A stretch of DNA of 64,000 nucleotides from a bacterium (GTDB taxonomy: Bacteria > Actinomycetota > CALGFH01), in the NCBI GenBank assembly GCA_046727955.1, contig JBKPDO010000166.1, positions 1,440 through 65,439 of the forward strand. Reading direction: 5' to 3'. The notes beneath the pieces were generated by a model. The model was not told where the DNA came from. It saw only the letters and a program-made list of their open reading frames with translations, and did no database searches. Position numbers and translations under genes: made by a program. Shown here one piece after another: positions 1-8,982 of the stretch (its first letter is position 1; each line of letters starts with the position of its first letter).

Positions 1-73
1 GCGGCGCTTGGAGCGGCTCACCGGGCTGGTCCTGTTTGGCCTCGGCGCCCGCCTCGCGGTCGAGCATCGCTAG
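1..73 (+). CDS. LysE/RhtB family translocator, C-terminal fragment (runs off window)
   Basis: Frame from nt 2 reads RRLERLTGLVLFGLGARLAVEHR*, a typical LysE C-terminal helix; not in ORF track. Confidence 0.7.
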   Translation, partial: RRLERLTGLVLFGLGARLAVEHR

Positions 74-81
74 GACGCCGA

Positions 82-630
82 TCAGGTGCCCGGCAGCGGC
101 GGGGTCTCGCCGACGTCGTAGGCAAGCAGGTCGCCGTCGCGGCGCACGCCCTCGGTCGGGCGATGCGGCTCCAGCTGGCCGCGGTGGTCGAGATGCTCGA
201 CGGTGGCGCCGCGGACCAGGGTGGCGGCGTCCGCGAGCAGGCGGCGGTGACAGCGCCACCACAGCGTTTCTGAGCACATCGCCGCGCTCGGCGCCTCCGC
301 CGCATCTGCCAGCAGGCGGTCGAGCGCGGCCCAGAACCGGGGCGTTCGCATGTAGTCGGCGTAGCCACGGAAGGCCGGATGACGCAGGACGTGGTTGACC
401 GAGGCGGGGTCGGGCTTTCGCCAGCCGCCGAGGTCGCGCTCCCAGCGGTAGGCGATGCCCGCCTCGGGCAGCCAGGCGGCCATCTCCTCGCGGCAGAATT
501 GCGGATTGCGCCGGCTGCCCGGCGCCGTGCGAACGTCCACCAGACGCTGCACCCCAACCTTGTGGAGCAGCGCCACCAGCTCCTCCGCAGGAGCGGTCCC
601 GTGCCCGACCGTCACAAGCCGCACAGCCAT
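82..630 (-). CDS. DUF488 family protein
   Basis: TVGHG, LVDVRTAPGSRR and CSETLWWRCHRRLLAD motifs. Confidence 0.9.
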   Translation of the reverse strand: MAVRLVTVGHGTAPAEELVALLHKVGVQRLVDVRTAPGSRRNPQFCREEMAAWLPEAGIAYRWERDLGGWRKPDPASVNHVLRHPAFRGYADYMRTPRFWAALDRLLADAAEAPSAAMCSETLWWRCHRRLLADAATLVRGATVEHLDHRGQLEPHRPTEGVRRDGDLLAYDVGETPPLPGT

Positions 631-709
631 CGCACCAGGTTAGCGTCCCTACCGTAGGGCACGAGGTACGCTCCGCGCGGCAACGTGCGTCCCGCGCGGC
701 AAGGTCGGG

Positions 710-1639
710 TCAGTTCAAGAGGCGTTGGGTGAGGACGACCGCGTAGTAGCACAGCGGGAAGGCCATCAGCAGTGAGTCGACCCGGTCGAGCACGCCGCCG
801 TAGCCGAGCACAAGACTGCCCGCGGAACTACTGGGAAAGGCGCGCTTTATCAAGCTGTCGGTGAGGTCGCCCCAGAGACTGCCGACCGCGACCACCACCA
901 CCAGCACGACCACCACCGCGATCGCCCAGGTCTTCGGCACGGCCACCCACAGCAGGACCACCGCCAGCGCCGCTCCGATCAAATTGCCGAGCGCCTCCGA
1001 CCAGGTCTTGCCAGGGGCGACCTCCCTGGCCAGCATCGGGCTCTTGATCGCGCGCCCCACCACCCACGAGGCGACGTCCGAGACGGCCACCGCCACCGTC
1101 ACGATCACAAGGAAATTCAGCCCCCACGACTCCGCCGACTTCACGAAGACGATGTACCCCATGGGCAGGCCCACGTAGATGTACGCGAACAGCGTGTCGG
1201 CGACCTGCCGGTGGGCATCGGTCAGCTCCCCCGACAATACCGGCACCAGCGTCAGCAGGATCAGGAACCCGAACGGCAGCAGCACGAAGTACTCCCGTGC
1301 GAACGCGGCGACCAGCAGGCCCACCTGACCCCAGAGCATCAGCAGCAGCGCGTAGCGGCGCTGGATGTCGGCGATGCGCACGATCTCCGACGAGCCCTGC
1401 AGCAACACATAGGTGGCCAGCAGGAACGCCACGAACCCACCGATGAACACCGCCACCACGAACAGCGGGCCGATCACGAACCAGACGCGGGCACGCATGA
1501 ACAGCGTCGAGCGGCGCAGCACTCTGAGCGACCAGCGACGCCGCGCCACCAGCACCGCCGCGAAGCCCGCCAGCAGCAGGAGCACCACTCGCAGCAGCAC
1601 CGGCAGGAACAGGTCGTTGGCGAACGGATTGTGCGGCAC
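710..1639 (-). CDS. cdsA: Phosphatidate cytidylyltransferase family protein
   Basis: Multi-TM; APGKTW, GDLTDSLIKR and GGVLDRVDSL match the CTP_transf_1 signature. Confidence 0.8.
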   Translation of the reverse strand: MPHNPFANDLFLPVLLRVVLLLLAGFAAVLVARRRWSLRVLRRSTLFMRARVWFVIGPLFVVAVFIGGFVAFLLATYVLLQGSSEIVRIADIQRRYALLLMLWGQVGLLVAAFAREYFVLLPFGFLILLTLVPVLSGELTDAHRQVADTLFAYIYVGLPMGYIVFVKSAESWGLNFLVIVTVAVAVSDVASWVVGRAIKSPMLAREVAPGKTWSEALGNLIGAALAVVLLWVAVPKTWAIAVVVVLVVVVAVGSLWGDLTDSLIKRAFPSSSAGSLVLGYGGVLDRVDSLLMAFPLCYYAVVLTQRLLN

Positions 1640-1647
1640 GGGCTCGC

Positions 1648-2367
1648 CTACGCCCCTTCCCAGCGCTTGACCACCGCCTGCGCCAGTGCCACCCCAGCCT
1701 CCGCCTTCTTGACCAGCTCGTCGTAGTCGTTTCCCGGTGGGATCGGCGGCCCGATCCCGACGACCACCCCTCCCGGCAAGGGGATGAAGCTGCCCTTCGG
1801 CATCACCTGCTCCAGTCCGGCCAGGTACATCGGCACCACCGGCACCTGCATGTCCACCGCGATGTAGGCGAAGCCCTTCTTGAAGCCGGTGGCGCCGGTG
1901 CCGCGGGTCCCGGACGGGAAGATCAGCACCGACCAGCCCTTGCCGACGAGGTCCTTGAGCATCGCCAGCGACCTGCGACTCGATGCTCCGGTGCGCACGA
2001 ACGGCACCGTGCCGAGCGCGAGCGACGCTGCCGCCCCCTTCAGCCTGGTCGAATAGAAGTAGTCGGCCGCGGCCGCGATCACCAGACGGCGGCGGACACG
2101 ACCCCCGAGCGCGGCCAGGGACACGGGCGCATCGAAATGGCTCTGGTGGTTGGCCACGAACACCGCCGGCCCCTTGAGCTGGGCGAGGTTGCGCCGGCCG
2201 ATGACCGTGTAGGGCGAGATGAAGTGCAGGATCGGCAGCAGGGCGACGCGCTGGATCAGCGAGCGCGCCATCCGGGCCGGCGGGGTCCTGGACCAGGCGA
2301 CCGCCGTGGCGGGCGTGTCAACCGCCCGGTGCGACGCAGCCTGGTCGCCATGCCCGCCGTTGCTCAC
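1648..2367 (-). CDS. plsC: 1-acyl-sn-glycerol-3-phosphate acyltransferase
   Basis: NHQSHFD (HxxxxD) and FPSGTR motifs; directly upstream of cdsA-like gene. Confidence 0.85.
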   Translation of the reverse strand: MSNGGHGDQAASHRAVDTPATAVAWSRTPPARMARSLIQRVALLPILHFISPYTVIGRRNLAQLKGPAVFVANHQSHFDAPVSLAALGGRVRRRLVIAAAADYFYSTRLKGAAASLALGTVPFVRTGASSRRSLAMLKDLVGKGWSVLIFPSGTRGTGATGFKKGFAYIAVDMQVPVVPMYLAGLEQVMPKGSFIPLPGGVVVGIGPPIPPGNDYDELVKKAEAGVALAQAVVKRWEGA

Positions 2368-2504
2368 GTCCCCTCCCGCGCCACGCTGTGGTGTGCATTG
2401 AACCAGACCTGGAAGCGAGCGGGTGGTTACGGCAGATACGAAGCCGCTCGAGGAGCTTGTAGCACCTCAAGCGGAATGAGCCGCAGCGATTCGCCCGTGC
2501 AGCA

Positions 2505-2541
2505 GTGGAGGCCCCACCTTACAAACGGGTAGGGCCTCCAC
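2505..2541 (-). terminator. Hairpin, probable terminator of the MFS remnant
   Basis: Perfect 10-bp stem gtggaggccc/gggcctccac just past the stop at 2560. Confidence 0.5.
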
Positions 2542-2559
2542 GCACAGGCCAACCGGGAT

Positions 2560-2800
2560 CTACCCGACTTTGACCGGCTCTCTCTCGGCGACCTCCGGCG
2601 ACTCCGGTTCGCCCTGCGGCGCCAGCCGGCTGCGGCCCGGGATCGCCAGCGAGGACAGTGCCGCCAGGCCGACCACGGCCGCGCCGACCCACGTCGCCGA
2701 GGTCAGCCCGTCGACGAACGAGCTCGGCGAGGCGTAGCTCCCCACCGCCGAGAACACCGTGGCCAGCACGGCAACGCCGAAGACCCCGCCGATCTCGCGC
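2560..2800 (-). pseudogene. C-terminal remnant of a DHA2-type MFS transporter
   Basis: REIGGVFGVAVLATVFS...SFVDGLTSATWVGAAVV resembles the last DHA2 helices; upstream part replaced by udg antisense sequence. Confidence 0.75.
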
Positions 2801-2847
2801 GGGTATCCTCCTGTCGGTATGAGTCGGCGCCGAGGGCGAGGAGACCC

Positions 2848-3558
2848 GTGACCAAGCCAAGCATCAAGCCCGGCGGTCGCGCTTTCCACGACCTCGAGGA
2901 GCTGAACCGAGAGCTGGTCGAGTGCCGTCGCTGCCCTCGCCTGGTCGCCTGGCGTGAGCAGGTCGCCCGCGAAAAGCGCGCCGCCTTCCGGGACTGGGAC
3001 TACTGGGGACGACCCGTCCCCGGCTTCGGCGACCCGGCCGCCCGCCTGCTCATCCTCGGCTTGGCGCCCGCCGCCCACGGCGGCAACCGCACCGGCCGCA
3101 TCTTCACTGGCGACCGCTCCGGCGACTGGCTGTTCGCCTCCCTGTGGCGCACCGGCTTCGCCAACCAGCCCACCTCGGTCTCCCGCGACGACGGCCTGGC
3201 CCTCACCGACTGCTATATCACCGCACCGGTGAAGTGCGCGCCACCAAAGAACAAGCCACTCCCCCAGGAGCGCGCCAACTGCGCCCCCTGGCTGGAGCAG
3301 GAGCTCGCCCTGCTACCAGCCATCCGCGTGGTGGTCGCCCTCGGCAGCTTCGCCTGGGACACCGCCCTGCGCCACCTCGGCCCCGTCCGCCCCAAGCCCC
3401 GCTTCGGCCACGGCGCCGAGGCGGCGCTGCCCCACCGCCGCGTATTGCTCGGCAGCTTCCATGTAAGTCAACAAAATACGCATACCGGTCGCTTAACTGA
3501 GGCCATGCTGGACGGGGTGTTCCTGCGGGCGCGGGGGCTCCTCGAGGGTTCCGGTTGA
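2848..3558 (+). CDS. udgB: Uracil-DNA glycosylase, family 5
   Basis: CRRCPRL Fe-S motif, GLAPAAHGGNRTGRIFTGD, HVSQQNT motif. Confidence 0.92.
   Translation: MTKPSIKPGGRAFHDLEELNRELVECRRCPRLVAWREQVAREKRAAFRDWDYWGRPVPGFGDPAARLLILGLAPAAHGGNRTGRIFTGDRSGDWLFASLWRTGFANQPTSVSRDDGLALTDCYITAPVKCAPPKNKPLPQERANCAPWLEQELALLPAIRVVVALGSFAWDTALRHLGPVRPKPRFGHGAEAALPHRRVLLGSFHVSQQNTHTGRLTEAMLDGVFLRARGLLEGSG
3469..3518 (+). repeat. Direct repeat copy 1 (udg 3' end; att-like core)
   Basis: 45/50 identical to 5808-5857; 20-bp exact core caacaaaatacgcataccgg. Confidence 0.85.
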
Positions 3559-3668
3559 CCTGACGAAGCGGCGATGGGGTGGCAAACCGGTAATCCTGAG
3601 GAGCTCCCGCCACGGCATGCCGTTCCGCGTAGTCCGCTGCCGTGTCATCGCCTCGGGAATATCGTGGG

Positions 3669-3848
3669 TCACGGCTCGACCGCGGTTCGGGGGTGGTGAG
3701 GGGCCGCGGCGCTGGCGCCGCGGCGGTCCCGGGCGGCGGCCACCGCCGTCCAGAACGGCTCGTCCTGGCCGCGGAGCTCCTCCAAGCTCACCAACGCTTC
3801 CCGGAGGGCGCCATCCAAGTCGCCCGCCAGATGGAGGATCGGCGCCAC
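3669..3848 (-). pseudogene. Internal fragment of an ATPase-TPR regulator
   Basis: Reads LAGDLDGALREALVSLEELRGQDEPFWTAVA, resembling TPR segments of actinobacterial NB-ARC/TPR proteins; no upstream domain. Confidence 0.5.
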
Positions 3849-3944
3849 GGTGGGTTCCAGACCCGCTGGCGCTCAGATGGTCTGGGTGGCGCGTGGCGAT
3901 GGAGCACTGCCGATACGCACAGGCGTCTCAGGGCGAAAGGCCGG

Positions 3945-3983
3945 TCAGTCCATGCCGTCAGTCCATGCCGTCAGTCCATGCCG
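3945..3983. repeat. Tandem repeat 13 bp x3 (tcagtccatgccg)
   Basis: Read directly; contains the stop codon of the hydrolase gene. Confidence 0.95.
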
Positions 3984-4956
3984 GCGGAATTCGTGGGTCG
4001 GTTCGCGCCTTACGCGCCTCCTCGACGACCTCGAGGACCACTGTGGCGACCAGGTCGGGCCGATCATGGTGGATGGCGTGGCCGGCGTCGGCGACGACGA
4101 TGTGCCTGCCACGGCCGGTGCGGGCCGTGGCGGCAACGCCCGCCTGAAGCAGGGTCCAGCGCTGCCGCAGCCGGGGCGGGAAGCCTCGGGCCGCGCTGAG
4201 CACGACCACCGGGACATCGGGCAACGAGGATGCGGCGCGGGCCTGCCGCAGCAGCGGCGCGCTCGCGGCGATCCCCCGCAGCTCCTCCCGGCTGGCCCGC
4301 ACCTGGGAGCGGTGCGCGTGGGCGCGGTACGCCTCGACCACCAGCGACCGGACGCGCGGATCGTCGCTGAACCGGCTGGCCGTGCGCCTGGCGGCCCGGC
4401 GCACGACGGGCTCCAGCACGCCGAGCGTGCACAGCAGGGAGGGAAGGTGCTCGGCGACCGACCAGTTGAGCCGGCGGACCGGTCGGGGCAGGCCGGCCAG
4501 CATGTCGGGGTGGGCGGGGTCGACCAGGACCAGCCCGCAGACCAGCTCCGGGTGGCGTGCCGCCAGCAGCTGTGCCAGCAGGCCACCCCAGCTGTGCCCG
4601 ACCACCACGCACGGCCCGGCGCCGGTCTGGCCGATCACCGCGGCAAGGTCGGCGACCTGGCGGTCCACGGTCGGCAGCCCCGGTGGGGGATCGGGATCGC
4701 TGGCGCCCAGCCCGGCGCGATCGTAGGCCACCACGCGGGTGGACGCGGCGAGCGCGGCCAGCAGCGGCGCCCAGGAGATCGCCGTGTCGTTTCTGCCGGC
4801 GGCGAGGATCACGGTGGGGCTGGGGTGGCCGCTGCCGGCCTCGACCCAGCCCACCATGCGGCCCCCGTCACCATCGCCGTGGCCGACCCGTGTCCCGCCG
4901 CGAGCCACACCGCCCGCTACCAGCGCGCTCAATGCCTCCACGACAGCGTCACCCAT
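3958..4956 (-). CDS. Alpha/beta fold hydrolase
   Basis: YDRAGLG, GHSWGG nucleophile elbow, AGHAIH catalytic His; start uncertain (4956 or 4962). Confidence 0.85.
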   Translation of the reverse strand: MGDAVVEALSALVAGGVARGGTRVGHGDGDGGRMVGWVEAGSGHPSPTVILAAGRNDTAISWAPLLAALAASTRVVAYDRAGLGASDPDPPPGLPTVDRQVADLAAVIGQTGAGPCVVVGHSWGGLLAQLLAARHPELVCGLVLVDPAHPDMLAGLPRPVRRLNWSVAEHLPSLLCTLGVLEPVVRRAARRTASRFSDDPRVRSLVVEAYRAHAHRSQVRASREELRGIAASAPLLRQARAASSLPDVPVVVLSAARGFPPRLRQRWTLLQAGVAATARTGRGRHIVVADAGHAIHHDRPDLVATVVLEVVEEARKARTDPRIPPAWTDGMD

Positions 4957-5110
4957 CGCCATCCGACCATCCGACCATCTCCACGTCAGACACACCTGAG
5001 CTTGCCACTCCCAGACGGCGGCCAGCCCGGCCAGAGGACGTGAGCCACGCGGTGACCGCTCACGTTCGGGCACGGGAACTGCTTGGGTGGTCTGGCAAGA
5101 TTGAGCTGAC

Positions 5111-5485
5111 TCAACGCTGGTTTGCCCAGCTCGCCAGGCGCTCCGTGAGCTTGGTCAGCTCTGTCTGCCCGGTGGCGACCGCGACCACTAGCTCGACGGC
5201 TTCGTCGACCGAGGATGGGTCCAGGTCGAAGCCATTCAGGTCGTAGAGCACCACGACCGCCGCCCAGGCAAGGCGCTTGTTGCCGTCCACGAGTGCGTGG
5301 TTGCGGACGACCGCCTCCAGCAGTGCTCCCGCCTTCTCATGGATAGTTGGATACGCGTCCTTGCCGAAGGCGCTTGCCTGCGGGCGGTGCGCCGCCGAGT
5401 CGAGCAGACCGATGTCTCTGACCGCCGGCTGGCCGATAGTCGCTTCCGCGATGAGCAGCAGGTCCTCGACTGTCAGGTGCTCCAT
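5111..5485 (-). CDS. doc: Doc/Fic family toxin
   Basis: NHALVDGNKR Fic motif, VRDIGLLDSA; directly follows a small RHH gene. Confidence 0.9.
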   Translation of the reverse strand: MEHLTVEDLLLIAEATIGQPAVRDIGLLDSAAHRPQASAFGKDAYPTIHEKAGALLEAVVRNHALVDGNKRLAWAAVVVLYDLNGFDLDPSSVDEAVELVVAVATGQTELTKLTERLASWANQR

Positions 5486-5493
5486 CAGGATCG

Positions 5494-5700
5494 TCAGGCG
5501 TCCTTGAGGCGGTCGAAGATCTCGTTGTGGCGCGTCACGACGCGACGGGCGGCTTCCTGTACCCGCTCGGTGTGGTCCTGGCGGGCGATGCGCTCCTGGA
5601 TCGCCAGCCTCACGACCTCGTGCATGGAGCGGCCCTCACGCTCGGCTTGGCGGCGCAGCAGAGCGGTCTCCTCGTCGGTGAGCCTGAGGGTCATGGCCAT
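5494..5700 (-). CDS. Ribbon-helix-helix antitoxin
   Basis: MAMTLRLTDEETALLRRQAEREGRSMHEVV, Arc/CopG-like; upstream of doc. Confidence 0.85.
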   Translation of the reverse strand: MAMTLRLTDEETALLRRQAEREGRSMHEVVRLAIQERIARQDHTERVQEAARRVVTRHNEIFDRLKDA

Positions 5701-5706
5701 GGCCGC

Positions 5707-5727
5707 ATGATACCGCAGTGATACCAC
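5707..5727 (-). promoter_or_regulatory. Probable TA promoter/operator (GGTATCA direct repeats, -10 TATCAT)
   Basis: Minus strand tggtatcactgcggtatcat lies 6 nt before the ATG, suggesting a near-leaderless mRNA. Confidence 0.55.
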
Positions 5728-5807
5728 GAGCGGGCCCAAACCCAATCGACAGTGCCTCGGAGCCGGCCAACTGCACCCCTCTCCGTCGTAGAAACGGTCA
5801 GTTGAGC

Positions 5808-5857
5808 CAACAAAATACGCATACCGGACGCTTGACCGGGGCGATGCTGGACGGGGT
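5808..5857 (+). repeat. Direct repeat copy 2 (duplicated udg 3' fragment)
   Basis: Encodes QQNTHTGRLTGAMLDGV versus QQNTHTGRLTEAMLDGV in udg; mismatches mostly synonymous. Confidence 0.85.
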
Positions 5858-5982
5858 CCCGCGGACGCGGACCCTACTTTAATGATGGCAGGCTGGTGGA
5901 GAGGCTATCGCGCTGGCGGGAGAAGGGGCGGGTAGGGCATGCTTCGAGAAGCCAGATCGCGCCGGCGTAGGAGATTGACGGG

Positions 5983-6204
5983 ATGGCGGAAGCTGCGTTC
6001 GAGCACGGTAGCGGGTCGAAGCGCGCTGCGGCGCGGCGGGCGCGCTATCTGGCTCGTGTGCGTGCTGAAGGGCGCCGCCTGCGCACCGGCTCGGAGATCC
6101 TCGCCGAGCGCCGGGACGACCCCGACCCGCCAAGCGATGAGGAGCTGGACGCCTTCCTCGAGGTGATTTACGAGGCGCGCGATCGGGATCGCGACCGTGC
6201 CTGA
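5983..6204 (+). CDS. Small acidic-tailed protein, probable VapB-like antitoxin
   Basis: 73 aa with acidic C-terminus; stop overlaps the start of a PIN-like fragment. Confidence 0.55.
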   Translation: MAEAAFEHGSGSKRAAARRARYLARVRAEGRRLRTGSEILAERRDDPDPPSDEELDAFLEVIYEARDRDRDRA

Positions 6205-6319
6205 GAGCCCTGCACTGGTCGACACCGATGTTGCATCCGCAGAAACGAACGGAGCGAGAGCCTGCGGCCTGCGTTCAGGGAGCCTTCTCCTCTCTCCCCC
6301 GCCGCCCTCCGCCGCGTGA
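6197..6319 (+). pseudogene. Truncated VapC/PIN toxin
   Basis: GTG start overlaps the upstream stop; VPESPALVDTDVAS matches the PIN beta1-DTxV motif, then similarity is lost. Confidence 0.55.
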
Positions 6320-6327
6320 GGCCTGAG

Positions 6328-7167
6328 TCACACCTCGAGCCGTGGAGGCCCGGCCTCGAGCCGCTCGCGCACCTGGCGCATCCGCTCGGCGGAGTGGTGC
6401 GGCATCTCCCAGCGCGCGTCGAGCCACCAAGTGCAGCCCGCGGCCGCCCACGGGGCGACGATCGCGCCCGCCTTGGTGGCGTCGGCGGGCGTCTCACCCT
6501 CTATCACCACGTCGAAGCCGGGACGTAGGCCGCTGTGCTCCCGCAGCCAGCGCAGCATCGCCGTGACGTCGGGCGGCGTCGTCTCCCGGAACCCGCGCTC
6601 GTCCATGCAAACCGGCAGCAGCCCGTCGCAGCGCAGCACGCGATGCATCGACTTCGGCCGCGGCCACGCCCCGACCACCCAGATCGGGATGCGCGGCCGC
6701 TGCACCGGCTCGGCCATCGACACCAGGTCGTCGCGGGCGCTGAGGTCCATGTCGTAGTGGCGCCCGGCGAAGCGCAGCCTGCCCTCCCACAGGCCGGCGA
6801 CGAGGTCGATGCCCTCGTCGAGCAGCTCGGCCCGCGTGCGCCGGTCGGTTTCCTCGCCGGTGTTGCCCAGCCCGGAATCGACCGCGCCGAGCCCGACCGC
6901 GAGGATGGCCCGCCCGCCCGACAGCTGATCCAGCGTGGCCGCCTGGCTCGCCAGCTTCCACGGACGCCGCCACGGCAGTGGCGTCAGCATCGTCCCCAGG
7001 CGGACCCGAGTGGTCCGCTGCGCCATGGCCGCTAGCAGCGTCCAGGCATCCACGCCGTAGGCCGCCTCCCACACGAACACGCCGTCCCAGCCGGATTGGT
7101 CGGCGAGGACGGCATGGTCGAGCTGCTCGGCCGCCGTCCCCCCCGGCAGCACGAATCCAAATCGCAT
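6328..7167 (-). CDS. LLM class flavin-dependent oxidoreductase
   Basis: DGVFVWE, RVRLGTMLTPLPWRRPWKLA, QLSGGRAILAVGLG. Confidence 0.9.
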   Translation of the reverse strand: MRFGFVLPGGTAAEQLDHAVLADQSGWDGVFVWEAAYGVDAWTLLAAMAQRTTRVRLGTMLTPLPWRRPWKLASQAATLDQLSGGRAILAVGLGAVDSGLGNTGEETDRRTRAELLDEGIDLVAGLWEGRLRFAGRHYDMDLSARDDLVSMAEPVQRPRIPIWVVGAWPRPKSMHRVLRCDGLLPVCMDERGFRETTPPDVTAMLRWLREHSGLRPGFDVVIEGETPADATKAGAIVAPWAAAGCTWWLDARWEMPHHSAERMRQVRERLEAGPPRLEV

Positions 7168-7205
7168 GGAACGTGTTCTACACCAGACCTCCGACAGCCC
7201 TGGCG

Positions 7206-7303
7206 GGACTCACCCGGCAGGACTCACCCGGCAGGACTCACCCGGCAGGACTCACCCGGCAGGACTCACCCGGCAGGACTCACCCGGCAGGACTCACCCG
7301 GCA
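7206..7303. repeat. Perfect tandem repeat 14 bp x7 (ggactcacccggca)
   Basis: Read directly; intergenic, upstream of the LLM gene. Confidence 0.97.
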
Positions 7304-7326
7304 GGGGGCCCGCGACTCGGGCGGGC

Positions 7327-7725
7327 TCAGCGAGAGGGATTGCAGGCGTCGCGCAGGGTGGCGATCAGGTCGACGGTGCAGACGCCCTTCGCGACCCCAG
7401 CCTGCGCACCTGAGCTGCGGACCGCGCTGGCGAGCTGCGCATCGTCGTGGCCCGTCCACAACACCACCGGGGTCTCCGGCTGCCGCCGCCGCAAGGTCTG
7501 GGTCGCCTGGATACCGTCCATCCCCGGCATGCGCAGGTCCATCAGGACCACGTCAGGGTGATGCGCGGCCGCCTCGGCCAGCGCCTGGGCTCCGTCGGCG
7601 GCCTCGCCGACCACCATCAGGCCCGCGTTCTCCAGCGCCACGCGAACCGTTCGGCGGAGCCACGGGCTGTCGTCGACGACCAAGACCCGCAGCGGTGCGG
7701 CGGTGTCGGTGTAGGCGTATGACAT
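7327..7725 (-). CDS. Single-domain response regulator (receiver only)
   Basis: VLVVDD, DVVLMDLRMPGMDG, terminal K motif; no output domain. Confidence 0.88.
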   Translation of the reverse strand: MSYAYTDTAAPLRVLVVDDSPWLRRTVRVALENAGLMVVGEAADGAQALAEAAAHHPDVVLMDLRMPGMDGIQATQTLRRRQPETPVVLWTGHDDAQLASAVRSSGAQAGVAKGVCTVDLIATLRDACNPSR

Positions 7726-7875
7726 CGCAACCCCCGCGAAGTATGCGTGGCGTGCTACTGGGGTTATCATTCCTCATGCCAAGTGCGGATGCAACTGCAG
7801 ATGCAACTGCACCCGCCAAGTGCAACTCCTGGAGGTGGGCGAGCTATTGGCCGGTCCAGGCTGTGGAGGGGGCAT

Positions 7876-8739
7876 GTGACTGAGGTTCAGCCGGGCGGTC
7901 CGACCGTCCGCCGCATGATGGTCGGCTCGCACCTGCGCCGGCTCCGCAACCACAAGGGCATCTCGCGCGAGCAGGCAGGCGAGGCGATCCGGGCGTCCGA
8001 GTGGAAGATCCACCGGCTCGAGAACGGGCAGGTGGGCTTCAAGGAGCGGGACGTCGTGGACCTGCTGGCCCTGTACGGGGTCACCGATCCGCACGAGATC
8101 GCGGCGCTGGTCGCGGTCGCGCGCGAGTCCAACGCGCCCAGCTGGTGGCTCCAGTACAGCGACGTCCTGCCCCAGTGGTTCCGGACCTATCTCGACCTGG
8201 AGTCAGCCGCCGCGCTCATCCGGACGTACGAGGGACAGTTCGTCCCCGGCCTGCTCCAGACCGAGGCCTACATCCGCGCGGTGGTCCGTGGCGCGCACCT
8301 GGACGATTCGCCCGAGGAGCTGGACCAACGGGTCACGCTGCGGACGACCCGGCAGACGGTGCTCACGCGGGCGGATCCTCCCCGGCTGTGGGCGGTGGTG
8401 GACGAGGCGGCGCTCCGGCGACCAGTCGGCGGTCGCAAGGTCGCGCGCGCGCAGCTAAAGCACCTCATCGAGGCAGCCGAGCTATCGAACGTGATCCTGC
8501 AGGTCCTGCCGCTCGCCGCCGGGGCGCACCCAGCCATGGTCGGTGCCTTCAGCATCCTGCGGTTTCCCGGCCAGGACCTGCCGGATCTCGTTTACCTCGA
8601 GCACCTGACCAGCGCGCAGTACCTGAGCAAGCGCGACGACGTAGATCAGTACCTTCACGTGATGGAGGGCATCTGCGTGCGCAGCGAGCCTCCGGACACG
8701 ACCGTGGAAATCCTCACCAAGATCTTGCGGGAGACGTGA
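7876..8739 (+). CDS. XRE HTH + DUF5753 regulator (WhiJ-like)
   Basis: LRRLRNHKGISRE HTH, VPGLLQTEAY, LVYLEHLTSAQY; RBS ggagggg before GTG. Confidence 0.9.
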   Translation: MTEVQPGGPTVRRMMVGSHLRRLRNHKGISREQAGEAIRASEWKIHRLENGQVGFKERDVVDLLALYGVTDPHEIAALVAVARESNAPSWWLQYSDVLPQWFRTYLDLESAAALIRTYEGQFVPGLLQTEAYIRAVVRGAHLDDSPEELDQRVTLRTTRQTVLTRADPPRLWAVVDEAALRRPVGGRKVARAQLKHLIEAAELSNVILQVLPLAAGAHPAMVGAFSILRFPGQDLPDLVYLEHLTSAQYLSKRDDVDQYLHVMEGICVRSEPPDTTVEILTKILRET

Positions 8740-8741
8740 CG

Positions 8742-8978
8742 ATGGAGCAGAACTACAACGGCATGCCCGCCAGCGGGCTGCAGGGAGTGCAGTGGCGCAA
8801 GGGCGGCCGCAGCAGCGCACAGGGGAATTGCGTCGAGGCGGCGCGGCTGCCCGACGGCGGCGCCGCTGTGCGCAACTCCAGGCACCCAGAGGGGCCCGCG
8901 CTCATCTTCAACGACGCCGAGATCCGCGCGTTCCTCGAGGGGGTGAAGGACGGCGACTTCGACCACCTGCTGCAGTAG
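8742..8978 (+). CDS. DUF397 family protein
   Basis: WRKGGRSSAQGNCVEAA...AVRNSRHPEGPALIF; usual partner of DUF5753. Confidence 0.9.
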   Translation: MEQNYNGMPASGLQGVQWRKGGRSSAQGNCVEAARLPDGGAAVRNSRHPEGPALIFNDAEIRAFLEGVKDGDFDHLLQ

Positions 8979-8982
8979 CGCG

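Noticed and set aside
3466-3493. Chromosomal dif site
   Set aside because: Only one arm resembles XerD; the XerC arm matches about 4/11 and the site is inside a coding sequence
3490-5115. Integron attC sites (RYYYAAC at 3490 and 5109)
   Set aside because: No correctly placed GTTRRRY partner or attC fold, and no integron integrase
7206-7303. Possible CRISPR array
   Set aside because: Units are contiguous 14-mers with no spacers; no cas genes in the window
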